Assembly (NCBI GenBank): GCA_963781585.1
Contig: CAWAGQ010000003.1
Location: 192,001-256,000 of the forward strand
Reading direction: 5' to 3'
Origin: an uncultured Gemmatimonadaceae bacterium
GTDB lineage: Bacteria; Gemmatimonadota; Gemmatimonadetes; Gemmatimonadales; Gemmatimonadaceae
Length of the DNA stretch: 64,000 bases
In this document: in pieces, positions 29,840 to 40,244 of the stretch
How positions within the stretch are numbered: the first letter of the stretch is position 1
Layout of the letters: each line of letters starts with the position of its first letter
Notes under the pieces: model-generated
Seen by the model: the letters and a program-made list of their open reading frames with translations, nothing else
What the model was told of the DNA's origin: nothing
Database searches by the model: none
Made by a program: the position numbers and the translations under genes

Positions 29840-30782
29840 TCCCATCGCGACCCACCGCCAGCCGCACCGCGCGTTCGATCGCCATCTCCAGCGCGCTCAC
29901 CGCCAACACTTCAACCTGGACCAGCGGCGCGGACGGCCCTTCGTGCGCACACAGCGCAAACACGATGTCGCCGTCGTAGCTCGTTCCCGCGGGCGTGATG
30001 CGACGATACAGAGCCGCTGCGCTCGCCGTCGCGAGCTGCTGAACCTCCAGGCGCGACAGCGCGGCGTTCGTCACCACCACCGCCAGCGTCGTGTTCGCGG
30101 ACGCCGCCTCGGCGCCGCGCAACCGGGGAGCGCCCCGCGCCAACAGACGCGACGCATCCAGGAACCCGCCATCCGGAGCCCGGGCGCCGGCGAGAATCTG
30201 CCCCCGGGCATCCCGCACGTCGCCGACCGCGTTCACCACCGCCACTGCGCCCACAATAATCTCGTCCGTCCGCTCCACCCAGCAGCCAACGCCCCCCTTC
30301 ATCGCACGTTCCACTCCCGCCGCCTTGCCGACCGTGGCGCCGGTGCCGGCACCCACGCTCCCCTCGGCAATCCCGGCCGCTCGGCCGTCCTCGCAGGCTT
30401 GGTACGCCATGTCCGCTGTGGGACGCGCATCGAATCGGCCCAGGGGGCCCAGGTCGAAGATCGCCGCCGTGGGCACCAGAGGCACGACACCGCCTCCAAT
30501 CGGGTATCCGCGCCCGCGCTCCTCCATCCAGCGCATCACCCCGGCCGCCGCGTCCAGTCCGTATGCCGAACCGCCGGTGAGAAGAATCGCGTCGATGCGG
30601 TCCGTGAGGTTGGCCGGCGAGGCTACCGCAAGCTCGCGCGTGGCCGTGGCGCGCCCCACCACGGCCGATCCTCCGCGAAAATGGCCGGTCTCACGCCGGA
30701 TGACGGTGAGTCCCGTTGCGCCGGCGGGGTTCGTGGCGTGCCCCACCACCACGCCCAGCGGCGTGAAATCCACTCCGGTCAC
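29808..30782 (-). CDS. P1 family (DmpA/L-aminopeptidase-like) peptidase
   Basis: VGHAT...TGLTV, LTGGSAYGL, EGSVGAGTGATVGK, ANTTL, DGDIVFA. Confidence 0.9.
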   Translation of the reverse strand: MTGVDFTPLGVVVGHATNPAGATGLTVIRRETGHFRGGSAVVGRATATRELAVASPANLTDRIDAILLTGGSAYGLDAAAGVMRWMEERGRGYPIGGGVVPLVPTAAIFDLGPLGRFDARPTADMAYQACEDGRAAGIAEGSVGAGTGATVGKAAGVERAMKGGVGCWVERTDEIIVGAVAVVNAVGDVRDARGQILAGARAPDGGFLDASRLLARGAPRLRGAEAASANTTLAVVVTNAALSRLEVQQLATASAAALYRRITPAGTSYDGDIVFALCAHEGPSAPLVQVEVLAVSALEMAIERAVRLAVGRDGIPGLADPAAA

Positions 30783-30976
30783 ATGGCTCCGGGCCGCGTC
30801 ACACCCGTCGCCGCCAGCCCCTCCTCCTGGCACTTCCGGCAATAGCGAACGCCGCGCATCGAACACATCAGACAGATGAACGTGCCGCACCCGTCGCAGG
30901 GATAGCCCTCGGAGGCACGCTCCTCGTTGCCGCAGGCGCGACAAACCATCGCGTCGTGTTCGTGTAGCTTGCTCAT
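30779..30976 (-). CDS. Small protein with four CxxC motifs (putative two-zinc finger)
   Basis: CRAC, CDGC, CLMC, CRKC in 65 aa; GAGGA SD upstream; GTGA overlap with the peptidase. Confidence 0.75.
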   Translation of the reverse strand: MSKLHEHDAMVCRACGNEERASEGYPCDGCGTFICLMCSMRGVRYCRKCQEEGLAATGVTRPGAM

Positions 30977-31118
30977 GAGATCATCCTCTGCAGTCCGGGA
31001 CACCAGGTCCCCGAATGTCCGGTGATATGGCCCTCACGAAGTACCCGAGAACGGCCCGACCGCCATGCGTGCGCACCGCGGAATCTTACGTGGCGCGCCG
31101 GCGCGTCGAAACAGCGCT

Positions 31119-32498
31119 TCATGTCGTGCTCTGCTCCGTCACCGCCCCTTCCGGTACCTCGTCGAAGGTGACGATCACGCCGCGATCCAGGTGAGGCGCG
31201 GCGGTGAGGTGAAGCCACCGGCCCGTCCCCGGGATCTGCACCGTGCCGCGCACCATGGTGCCCTCGCGCAGCGCGCGTTCGATGGGCCGGTCATCGTTAG
31301 GCGATGGGATCGCGCCGACGATCGCCTCGTAGAACGTCCGGCCGGCGAGTTCGCGCGGCTCGGTGTCAAGGGCGAGCTGGCGCGCCCGCTCATTATGTCG
31401 CACGATCCGCCCGGCATCATCCACGATCACCATCCCCACCCCGATCGCTTCGAACGTCGAGGTCCAGGCGCGCGACGCCTCGCTCAGCTCCTCGAACAGG
31501 CGCGCATTCACAATCGCCACCGCCACCTGATCGGCCAGCCGCTGCAGCACCCGCGCGTCCTCGCCGCCGAAATCGTCGGCCCGGTTGAAGAGCATGAGCG
31601 CGCCGAGCACTCCCCGGGAAGTCGACAGGGGCGCCACGATCATCTTCTCCACCGGGGCGAACCGCAGCGCCGGACGATACGTCCCTGGATCGCCCGACAC
31701 GTCGTTGGAGATGATCGTCGTCCCTTCGAGCACCGCGCGTCCGGCAATGCTGCCCGCCAGCGGGATGTGGACGCCGGAAAGCAGGTCCGCCATGCCCACC
31801 GCAGCCACGATGTGCAGATACTTTCCTTCGCGCAGTCCCACACACGCGCCGTCGCTGCGCAACAGTCCGGTGGCGTGACGAAGAATGAGGCGCACCACCT
31901 CGCCCATCCGCAGCGACGCGCTCACCGCCCGGGCCGCGTCCGCCAGCGCCTCGATCTGGCGGCGCTCGCGTTCGCTCTCGGCGAACAGCTGCGCGTTGCT
32001 CAGGGCCATGGCCGCCTGCGTGGCCAGGGTCCGCGCCGCCGCCAGCGCCTCCGCGTCGAACGCGTCAGGCGACGCGGCATGCGCGCCCACCAGTCCGAGC
32101 AGCCGGCGCCCGTGCATTACCGGAACCACCAGCAACGAGGTCGTCTTCGGCACCGTGGGCAGGATCGCGCCGTCCGCCGCGGCCGCCCGCGTGGCCGCCG
32201 CCCCCGACAGGGCCACCGCGTCCCCGCCCCGCCCCGCACGAATGATGGCGCCGTCGCCCAGCCGCACATCGCGGGTGGGAAGTTCCACTCCGCCCGACTC
32301 CTGATACAGCACCCGTGCCGACAGCCGGTCCAGGTCGGGCTGCACCACGAAGACGCCCTCGCCGCCGGCAGTTGAAGACACGCCGCGTCCCAGCTCGCGC
32401 GCGATCTCCGATGCATCGGCGGCCCGGGCCAGCGCCGCGCTCGCCTGTTGCAGCCGGTGGAGCCGCTCCGTGCTCAGGTCAGTCTTCACGTCCGGCAC
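31119..32498 (-). CDS. GAF-GAF-PAS sensor protein without output domain
   Basis: Two GAF segments ending QAAMALSNAQLF and QVAVAIVNARLF, then a PAS-like region; stop follows. Confidence 0.82.
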   Translation of the reverse strand: MPDVKTDLSTERLHRLQQASAALARAADASEIARELGRGVSSTAGGEGVFVVQPDLDRLSARVLYQESGGVELPTRDVRLGDGAIIRAGRGGDAVALSGAAATRAAAADGAILPTVPKTTSLLVVPVMHGRRLLGLVGAHAASPDAFDAEALAAARTLATQAAMALSNAQLFAESERERRQIEALADAARAVSASLRMGEVVRLILRHATGLLRSDGACVGLREGKYLHIVAAVGMADLLSGVHIPLAGSIAGRAVLEGTTIISNDVSGDPGTYRPALRFAPVEKMIVAPLSTSRGVLGALMLFNRADDFGGEDARVLQRLADQVAVAIVNARLFEELSEASRAWTSTFEAIGVGMVIVDDAGRIVRHNERARQLALDTEPRELAGRTFYEAIVGAIPSPNDDRPIERALREGTMVRGTVQIPGTGRWLHLTAAPHLDRGVIVTFDEVPEGAVTEQSTT

Positions 32499-32522
32499 CT
32501 GCGGTCAAGCCTCCCCGATTGC

Positions 32523-33404
32523 CTACCGTCGCGGCACGAGAAACGTCCCGGCGAGCGGAGCCACCTCGATCACTACCGGGGTGACCGCAACCAGTTCGCC
32601 GTCGGCCTGCACGGCTTGCGGAGGTTCGCTCGCGAGACAGAATCGCTTGCCCTTGAGAAATCGCATGCACGGATGCGGCCGGAAATCCTTGCGTACGACG
32701 CGCCAGGCGATGCCGAGCACATCCCTGGTGGTCCTCGGGGAGAGGACGCACAAGTCGAGCATTCCGTCATGCGCCGAGATGCCGGGGCCCAGCAGCAGCC
32801 GGCCTCCAAAGAGCGATCCCGCGTTCGCCACCATGGCGAGGATCGCCGGGATGCGCACCTCGGTACGGTCCACGACCGCGGTCAGATTGAACTCAGGGCG
32901 CCGCAGTGCAGCCGTGCCCGCCGTCAGGAAGTAGGCCAGGACGCCCCACCGCCGCTTGTGGCCTGCGCCGGTGGACGCGATCATCGTTGCATCGATGCCA
33001 AGGCCGGCCGCAAACGCGAAGTACACGCCGTTCTCGAACCGGCCCAGGTCTACACGCCGGCATTCCCCGGCAAGCAGCTCTCGCACGGCGCGTGCCACGC
33101 GCCTGGGGACTCCCAGCGATCCCGCGATGAGGTTTCCCGTACCGCCGGGGAGGACGCCGACCGGGACACCGGTCCCCGCCAGCGCTCCAACCACCTCCAT
33201 GACCGTGCCGTCTCCGCCGAGCACGAAGACGGCATCCCACCCTGCCGCTGCATCCCTGACGGATTCCAGGGCGTGACCGGGCTTCCCCGTCGTGAGCACG
33301 TGGTACGCCACGCCGGCTGTGCGGAAGGCGCCTTCAGCGGTCCGGAGCAGTCGCGCTCCGCGCCGCGAGGCCGGGTTCACCACCAGCAGAGCGCGCGAGA
33401 TCAG
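32523..33404 (-). CDS. Diacylglycerol/lipid kinase (YegS/DAGK family)
   Basis: VVNPAS, GGDGT, PGGTGN, QADGE; start codon unclear (CTG proposed). Confidence 0.9.
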   Translation of the reverse strand: MISRALLVVNPASRRGARLLRTAEGAFRTAGVAYHVLTTGKPGHALESVRDAAAGWDAVFVLGGDGTVMEVVGALAGTGVPVGVLPGGTGNLIAGSLGVPRRVARAVRELLAGECRRVDLGRFENGVYFAFAAGLGIDATMIASTGAGHKRRWGVLAYFLTAGTAALRRPEFNLTAVVDRTEVRIPAILAMVANAGSLFGGRLLLGPGISAHDGMLDLCVLSPRTTRDVLGIAWRVVRKDFRPHPCMRFLKGKRFCLASEPPQAVQADGELVAVTPVVIEVAPLAGTFLVPRR

Positions 33405-36400
33405 TAGCGAAAGACGCGGAAGAGGTCGAATCCCAACTGGCGCACCGAGGTCGAGAATCCCCGCTCGATGCCCTGGCTGCACAACAACGCACTCAGAGAC
33501 GGCTCGACGCTGGCCGACACACCCAGCCCGATGCTCGGGTCGATCTGGTACTCGACCTTCGCGCCAATCGCCTGTGCCAGACTTCCCGGATCGAGCTTCT
33601 GGCTCGACAGCGGGTTGAGCTGCCCCAATTGACAGACGCCGGCCGTCAGAGAAAGGAAAGTCCGATCGTTGAGCTGTTTGCCGATGCCGAGCTGCGCCCC
33701 GGAAAAGTACCCGCCGGCCGACGCCTGCTGCGCGTTTCCGAGCCGCAGCCGATCCGCCGCCGTTTGCACTTCTACGTAATCGAACAGTCCGCCCGAGAGA
33801 CGGGACGAGAGTGCGTTCACCGCCGACCCCAGCACCACTGCGGACAGCTGCGAGTAGTTCTGGCGCAGTCCCCCGCCCACGTCGAAGCTCGGCGTCCGGA
33901 AGACCAGGTAGCTGATCATGTCCGACTGTGAGAGCTGCAGCGAATCCGCGCTCTCCAGCGTGAGTTGGGGACTGTCCAGCGTGCCCTGGATCTTCACGCG
34001 GATACGGATGGTGTTGCGTCCGCCGTACGTGCTGGACGCCAGTCGCTCGGTGTAGAGCGCGCTGATATCGAGCGCGGGATTGAACTCCGGCGTCCCGAAA
34101 AACCGTAGCTGTCCCTGCTCGATGTCGAAGCTCCGCTGCACGATGCCCAGGTTGAGTACGTATCGGCCGCGCTCGGTCTGGAGGGTGCCTTCCAGCCCCA
34201 GTTGTGGCGGGCCGTTCTCGGTGACCGTACGTCCCTTGGTCACGCGTACCGACCCGCCGAGCTTGATGTTCACATCGCCCGAACCGGCCGATCGCAGCCA
34301 CACGTCCGGGCCGATCACCACATCCACGTTGGAGATGGCGAGATTCTTGAGCACCGCCGGGGGTGGCTCGGGGAGGATGTTCAGCCGGGCGAGCGCCAGC
34401 GTGTCGAGTCCGAGGCTCTTCAGATCATCCCGGGAGAGACTGATGAGCTGCTTGTCGCTCGACTCCGGCATGTTCACGGAACCACTATTCACGATCACCG
34501 TGCCGGTCAGTTGCGATCCGCTCATGTGCCCTACCAGGTGCAGCGGAGGCCGCGTGCTGATGTTCAGGTCGGCCAGATGCTTGTTACCGACCGCGTGAAA
34601 ATCGTTCGCGGTCAGCGTCAAGTCGAACGCCGGATCCTTGCCGGCGGACGGCGAGACGACGTGCAGTGGGTCCGTCAAGTAGCCGGCGACGCGGAACATG
34701 TTCGACGGCGAGTCACCGCTTACGATGGAAAAGCGCTCGACACGCACCGTGTCCTGGGCCGCACGCACCACCGCGTTGATGTCGCGGAGGCGGACGCCCG
34801 CCCTGGGAAGCGTGAGCGCTCCTTCGGTCACCGTCACGAGGCCGCTGAGTGCCGTCGAGTCGCCTTTCCCGGTTACGTCCAGGTTCGCCGTGAACTTGCC
34901 CACCGCGTCTCTGACTCCGGAGGTAAAGCTCTCGAGCAACCGCAGGTCCACGTCGCGCGAGGCAACCCTTACTCGGAGAGTGTCGTCTCGCATCCGGCCG
35001 CGGCGGTCGATGGGGAGATTGTAGGCGACCTCGGCCACCACCGTGTCCTGTTCGGCGAGCAGGACACCTCCCAGGAGCCGTTCGTCCTGATAGTGCCCGT
35101 TCACGCTGACGCGCGGGAGCTTCACGTCGCCCACCTCGGCGCCTTGCACGCGAGCCGCGAGCTGCAGCTCCGGTGCCTGGCGCGTACCCGTCAGGTCCAC
35201 CTCCCCGGTCAGCGTGCCACCAAGCGGAACGCGCGCCTGCATGAGATCGGCCAGGTCTCGCAGATGTATCGAATCCACGCGCAGCACCGCCAGCATGTCG
35301 CCCGAATCAGGGAGGCTCCCCGCCAGCGTGATTCGTTCCGCTTTCTGACTCTCCAGTACGAGCGTGTCGATCACAATGTGGTGCCGCTCGACGCGCACAC
35401 TGGCCGGCCGGGCGAGGGTGAAGCCGTGGTCCAGCATCGTCACGTCCAGCGACCGGATCCGTACCGTGGTAGTGTCGCTGGCGAAGGCCAGATCTCCCGC
35501 CGACGCCACAGACGTCCCGTTGGCCGCGTTGGCCAGCAACGAGAAGTCACCGCTCAGCGAATCGGCGAAGTGCACGGTGATTCCCGCGTCCCTGAGCGCG
35601 ACTCCCGACACGTTCATTGCCTCGCCCGACACGTCCAGGCTCCCCACAGGTGAGGTAGTGAGGTTGCGCAGCTCCACGCCGGCACGCACGTCGCGAGCGG
35701 CCACTCCCATCGCCGACACGCCCGCCGCGTCGATCGTGGCCAGCACCCCCAGGGAATCGATGGAACCCTTGAGAAAGCCCTGACCGGAAACGATCCCCCG
35801 GAGCGAGTCGGCCACGGCCGCCGGTGGGGCGCCGCCGGCAGGGGGCATCGCGCCCAGCAGGCGCCGGAAGCCCCCCAGCGAATCAGCGTTGATGGTGAAC
35901 TGCAGAGAGTCCCCCATGGTCCGGTCGAGTCCGAGCGCGCCCGAGGCGGCCAGCGTGGCTGCGACCGTCTCCGCGAACAGCGTGTCGACGAACACCTTCC
36001 GGTTTGCGAAGCGCAGCCGCGCCCGGGAGGTGGGGAACACGCGAATGCTGTCGAAAAGCGACCGTTCCATCTCGATGGTCGCCGACCCCGTCAACGTTGT
36101 CAGCGAATCGCCCGACAGGCGGATCGTGGCGCTCCCCGTCAGAACCGTGTTCGGCGTCACCGCCGTATCAAGCAGCGTTCGCAGGTTGAGCCCTGCCACG
36201 CGCAGGGTCCCGTCGAACCCGTACCCACCCACGGAGTCGGCGTCCACCCGTCCGTCATAGGCCAACATGCCCGCCGTTCCACGCAGCTCCGTGTTGAGCG
36301 AGAAGTCGGGCAGCGACCCCTCGATCCTGATGGGACCCTCGTATTCTCCGGTCAGCGGAATGTGCGAGGTCTTGTAGGCTGGGGCGAAGCTCGCGAACGA

Positions 36401-37981
36401 GAGCGGCGCCACGTTGAGTGCCAGATCGTAATGGAGCGTATCGCCGAACGTCACGCGCCCCGCCCCCGTCAGGTGCGACGGTGGGGCAGCGCCGTAGGTG
36501 TGCGTGATGTTGGCATCGCGGAAGCGCAGGTCGAGGAGCGAGGAGTCGAGCGTGGCCTGCCCGCTGACGAGGCCGTCCAGACGCGGAAAGCCCGTGTTCA
36601 GGTACTGGAGCGTGCGCAGGTCGAGCTGGGAGAGCGCCAGATGAAAGCCCAGGAAGACGGTCTCCGACGGCTTGAGGATGTTCAGCAGTCCGTTGCCGCG
36701 CGCGTAGGTCACCGCGCCCGGAACGTTCTCGTCCCGGTAGATGATGTCGGCCGAATCGACGCGAAACCGGTTCAGCGGGCCGCCGGCCCCTCTTACCGTT
36801 CCTGTGAGTGTGCCGCGAAACGGGTATGGCAGGGGCTCACCGCTGAGCGCCTCGATAAGGCGAAAATCGACCGGATCGGCGTTGATGTTCACGTCCTTCA
36901 GAATCGTGATCGGAGCGCCCACACCGAACGTCATGGTGCCCCGCAGGCGGGATGCCGTGGTTCGTACGTCCATGTTGCGCAGCACGTAGTCCACCACTGC
37001 GGGGTCCTTCTGACTCCGCATCAGCAGCGTCATCCGGCCGCGGCCCTCCTTGGGCAGGGTCGGGTAGACCCACGCCACGTCACCGAGCGTGACCGAGTCC
37101 CCCACGACCGTGACGTCGTATCGTACGGGCACTCCGCCTCCCCACCACAGCTTGCCCTTGGCGTTGCCGGCGGATCCAGGCAGGTCGAAATGGGGCAGAT
37201 CGAGCCACAGGGAATCGGACTTCAGCAGCACCGTGCCGCGCACGTTTCTGAAACGGAACGGTGGGTCCGACTCGTTCGCGTTGAGGGAGGCGATGTGGAT
37301 CGCGCGGCCTCCTGGTCCCCGATCGTCCAGCCGAGCCGAGTCGACAGTCAAGCCGGCGTTCACCCAGTGCATGACCTTCACGAAGCCGCCCGGGACGCGG
37401 CGAATCTCCTTGTCCGTGCGCTTCAGGCTGTAGGCAACGGCGCTGTCGCGCCGGGCGCCATGCAGGGAGTCGTCGGGTTGCCACGGCTCCGTGACCTGCA
37501 CGGTCAGATTCGTCAGGCGCACGTTGTGCAGGGCGATGTAGTCGCCCCAACGGCCGGCCGGCTGCGGCAGCGTCGATTGGCCGGATGGGAAGATCTTCCG
37601 GAAGTTCGAATTGCCGCTCGAATCGATCCAGATGCGGACGGTGGGATTGGCCAGCGTGACCCGCGTCAGCACGATTCGCTTGTCGAGCAGGTCGCGGGCG
37701 TCGAAGTCCACGGCGATCTGGCCGGTACGCACGAACAGCGAGTCGTCGGTGCCCCGGATCTCCGCCGAATCGATGATCACGCTGGTGAGCAGCGTGCCGT
37801 GCATCGACCCGAGATACACGGTGCCGTGGACTGCCCCGCGGATTTCGCGCATCACGAGCGCGCGGATGCGCGCGCGGCCGAAGTCGGTGCGCGTGAGAAC
37901 TGCCAGCGCCACGATCAGGAGCGCGAACAGGCCAAGCAGGCTCCCCGCTGACGCGAGCACGACGGTCCGGCGTCGAATCAC
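33401..37981 (-). CDS. tamB: Translocation/assembly module TamB (AsmA-like) protein
   Basis: 1526 aa, N-terminal anchor, beta-rich, C-terminal NPALDI/GTLDSP/GKQL; adjacent to an Omp85 gene. Confidence 0.85.
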   Translation of the reverse strand: MIRRRTVVLASAGSLLGLFALLIVALAVLTRTDFGRARIRALVMREIRGAVHGTVYLGSMHGTLLTSVIIDSAEIRGTDDSLFVRTGQIAVDFDARDLLDKRIVLTRVTLANPTVRIWIDSSGNSNFRKIFPSGQSTLPQPAGRWGDYIALHNVRLTNLTVQVTEPWQPDDSLHGARRDSAVAYSLKRTDKEIRRVPGGFVKVMHWVNAGLTVDSARLDDRGPGGRAIHIASLNANESDPPFRFRNVRGTVLLKSDSLWLDLPHFDLPGSAGNAKGKLWWGGGVPVRYDVTVVGDSVTLGDVAWVYPTLPKEGRGRMTLLMRSQKDPAVVDYVLRNMDVRTTASRLRGTMTFGVGAPITILKDVNINADPVDFRLIEALSGEPLPYPFRGTLTGTVRGAGGPLNRFRVDSADIIYRDENVPGAVTYARGNGLLNILKPSETVFLGFHLALSQLDLRTLQYLNTGFPRLDGLVSGQATLDSSLLDLRFRDANITHTYGAAPPSHLTGAGRVTFGDTLHYDLALNVAPLSFASFAPAYKTSHIPLTGEYEGPIRIEGSLPDFSLNTELRGTAGMLAYDGRVDADSVGGYGFDGTLRVAGLNLRTLLDTAVTPNTVLTGSATIRLSGDSLTTLTGSATIEMERSLFDSIRVFPTSRARLRFANRKVFVDTLFAETVAATLAASGALGLDRTMGDSLQFTINADSLGGFRRLLGAMPPAGGAPPAAVADSLRGIVSGQGFLKGSIDSLGVLATIDAAGVSAMGVAARDVRAGVELRNLTTSPVGSLDVSGEAMNVSGVALRDAGITVHFADSLSGDFSLLANAANGTSVASAGDLAFASDTTTVRIRSLDVTMLDHGFTLARPASVRVERHHIVIDTLVLESQKAERITLAGSLPDSGDMLAVLRVDSIHLRDLADLMQARVPLGGTLTGEVDLTGTRQAPELQLAARVQGAEVGDVKLPRVSVNGHYQDERLLGGVLLAEQDTVVAEVAYNLPIDRRGRMRDDTLRVRVASRDVDLRLLESFTSGVRDAVGKFTANLDVTGKGDSTALSGLVTVTEGALTLPRAGVRLRDINAVVRAAQDTVRVERFSIVSGDSPSNMFRVAGYLTDPLHVVSPSAGKDPAFDLTLTANDFHAVGNKHLADLNISTRPPLHLVGHMSGSQLTGTVIVNSGSVNMPESSDKQLISLSRDDLKSLGLDTLALARLNILPEPPPAVLKNLAISNVDVVIGPDVWLRSAGSGDVNIKLGGSVRVTKGRTVTENGPPQLGLEGTLQTERGRYVLNLGIVQRSFDIEQGQLRFFGTPEFNPALDISALYTERLASSTYGGRNTIRIRVKIQGTLDSPQLTLESADSLQLSQSDMISYLVFRTPSFDVGGGLRQNYSQLSAVVLGSAVNALSSRLSGGLFDYVEVQTAADRLRLGNAQQASAGGYFSGAQLGIGKQLNDRTFLSLTAGVCQLGQLNPLSSQKLDPGSLAQAIGAKVEYQIDPSIGLGVSASVEPSLSALLCSQGIERGFSTSVRQLGFDLFRVFRY

Positions 37982-37984
37982 GGC

Positions 37985-40243
37985 TCAGAAGGGCTGGCCA
38001 ATGGAAAACTGGAACGTCAGGCGACTGAGGAAGCTCGTCTTGGTCGCCGGAGCGTAGGTGGCCGGACAGTCAGTCTGATCGATTTGTCGCGGCGGCGTGG
38101 TCTCGTCGCCGAGGCGAACCCGCAGCGTATTCCCCGGACTGACGCAGATGAGTCGCACGTCGCCGCTGGTGGAGTAGGACCCGGTCGCGAGGGGATTGTA
38201 GTAGGCCGGACCGCTGGGTCGCGCATAGGGATTGTAGCCCACGTCCACGCGCAACGGCCCGATCGACGAGAAGTATCGAGCGCCGACTCCCGGTGTTACC
38301 CGGAACTTCTGGAAACTGATGCCGGTCCCCTTCCGTCCGCGGTTCCACACCTGGCCACCATCCACGAACATCGCGAGCTGCAATACGTCGGGCAGAACGA
38401 AACTGGGAAGCCGCAGCTCTACGTTGGCCACAACGGCGTTGTCGCCCCCGGTGGGCACCACCAGCTGACTGGTCTTGTCCGGAACCGCCTGCATGAACAC
38501 CAGCGTGTCGTTTCCGGGAATGGGGATCGTATCGATCTTCTCGGGAATGTAGATGGAGGGGCCCAATTCGTTCTGTCGGTAGCCCCGCACCGTGGTGGGG
38601 CCTCCACCGTAGAGGCGCTGTTCGAGTGGGACGAAGGTGGGACTTCCTGAGAAGCTGAGGCGCTGTCCGAGGACGACCCCGTATCGGAAGCGCAGCGCCA
38701 GCGCGCCACCGAGCGCCGGCCGATACAGCGACGCGTCCACCACCAGGCGATTGAACGCGACGTCAGGCGACGAGCCAACGAGGCTCGAGGAGTGTCGAAC
38801 TTCGAGCCGCATGACCGAGCCACGGGTTGGGCTCACGATGCTGTTGGATTCATTTCTGGTTCCGGTCCAGCCGAGTACCGCGGAACGCGTCTGCCGTTCC
38901 AGCCGTTCGCGCGCCGCGTCCTCGCACACGTTGAACACGCCGCAGAAGAACGCGGCCTGGGCCACCGTCCGGCCGTACTCGAGCTGGTACGAGTAGATCT
39001 TCGGAAACGTGCCGTTGGCGTCCTGCGTGAGCGATCCAATGAGACCGAACGGCGTGTCGCGCAGAAACGCCTCGAATTCCGAACGACGCTCACTGTACAC
39101 GGTGAGTGACGGCACGTACGGAAGACGGAACAGCGCCGCCTGCGAAATCGTTGTGGCGGCGTAGTAGTTGAGTGTGTCGCTGAGCGGATCGCCACGCACC
39201 GTGCTGGTACAGAGCCCGAACTTGGACACGCGGCCGTTGAGATCCAGCCGACGCAGCCGGCCAAGCAGCGCATAGTTCGAGAATGACCCCTGCGTGCGGA
39301 GACAATCCAGGCTCCCCCATCCGATCGAGACGCGCGCCGCGTGGAGGTCCGCCTCGAGCAGTCGCACGTCGATCGAGACAAGGGAGTCGGCCGGATCCGT
39401 GAGGCTCCCCGAGTCGATCTGAATGCCCACGTTCTGAAACGCCTGGCTGAGGTACAGTCCGCGCTGGACCGTCTCCAGGTTGCTCTCGTTGTACAACTGC
39501 CCCTCGCGCACACCCAGCACCGCCCGCACGGCCTCCGGCTTGAGGGTGGTGTGGACGCTGTCGCGGGGTCCGCTGCCCGGTGCGTGCAGGCGCTCAACGT
39601 GGATGGCAATTGCACCGATCCGCATGCGGGGGCCGGGCATGACCTGGAAAGCAACCCGCGCGGTATGTTGCGCCGTGTCGGTGTCGAAGTCCCGCAGCAC
39701 GTCGGCGATCGGATAGCCGCGGTCCCGCAGCCGCCGTACGAGCGTGTCGCGCATCGACGACACCACCAACTGGTCGAAGCGGTCTCCTTTGTTCAGCGGG
39801 AGCCCGCGCAACACACGGCTCCGCTCGGGAAGGCTGTCGAGCCCCGCGATCGTCAGACTGTCCACCACCGTGGGGCGCCCTTCGGCGATCGTGAATCGGA
39901 CCTGTGCTGCATCGTCGCCCTGCAGGGCGATGCTCGATCCCACCGCGACATCGGAGAATCCGTGCTGGCGATAGAACACGATCAGCCGCAGAGAGTCCTG
40001 CCGTACCGCCAGGGAATCGAGGCAATAGCGCTGCCCGATGATGTGCAGATGTCGCCGCGCCCAGGAGTCCTGCGTCGTCAGGATGCGATTGGCCAGTTCA
40101 TCGTCGCGGAACGTCTGATTACCGGTGAACAGCACCTGTCGCACTTCGCGGTCACCGGGGTCACACGTCACCTCCTGTGCCACCACCGGCCGAATCGCGA
40201 CGAACAGGGCCGCGCCCGCCGCGAGCCGCCACCATCTGGTCAC
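37985..40243 (-). CDS. tamA: BamA/TamA (Omp85) family outer membrane protein
   Basis: Signal peptide, POTRA-like segments, GGPTTVRGY, GPLRVDVGY, terminal IGQPF. Confidence 0.87.
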   Translation of the reverse strand: MTRWWRLAAGAALFVAIRPVVAQEVTCDPGDREVRQVLFTGNQTFRDDELANRILTTQDSWARRHLHIIGQRYCLDSLAVRQDSLRLIVFYRQHGFSDVAVGSSIALQGDDAAQVRFTIAEGRPTVVDSLTIAGLDSLPERSRVLRGLPLNKGDRFDQLVVSSMRDTLVRRLRDRGYPIADVLRDFDTDTAQHTARVAFQVMPGPRMRIGAIAIHVERLHAPGSGPRDSVHTTLKPEAVRAVLGVREGQLYNESNLETVQRGLYLSQAFQNVGIQIDSGSLTDPADSLVSIDVRLLEADLHAARVSIGWGSLDCLRTQGSFSNYALLGRLRRLDLNGRVSKFGLCTSTVRGDPLSDTLNYYAATTISQAALFRLPYVPSLTVYSERRSEFEAFLRDTPFGLIGSLTQDANGTFPKIYSYQLEYGRTVAQAAFFCGVFNVCEDAARERLERQTRSAVLGWTGTRNESNSIVSPTRGSVMRLEVRHSSSLVGSSPDVAFNRLVVDASLYRPALGGALALRFRYGVVLGQRLSFSGSPTFVPLEQRLYGGGPTTVRGYRQNELGPSIYIPEKIDTIPIPGNDTLVFMQAVPDKTSQLVVPTGGDNAVVANVELRLPSFVLPDVLQLAMFVDGGQVWNRGRKGTGISFQKFRVTPGVGARYFSSIGPLRVDVGYNPYARPSGPAYYNPLATGSYSTSGDVRLICVSPGNTLRVRLGDETTPPRQIDQTDCPATYAPATKTSFLSRLTFQFSIGQPF

Positions 40244-40244
40244 G

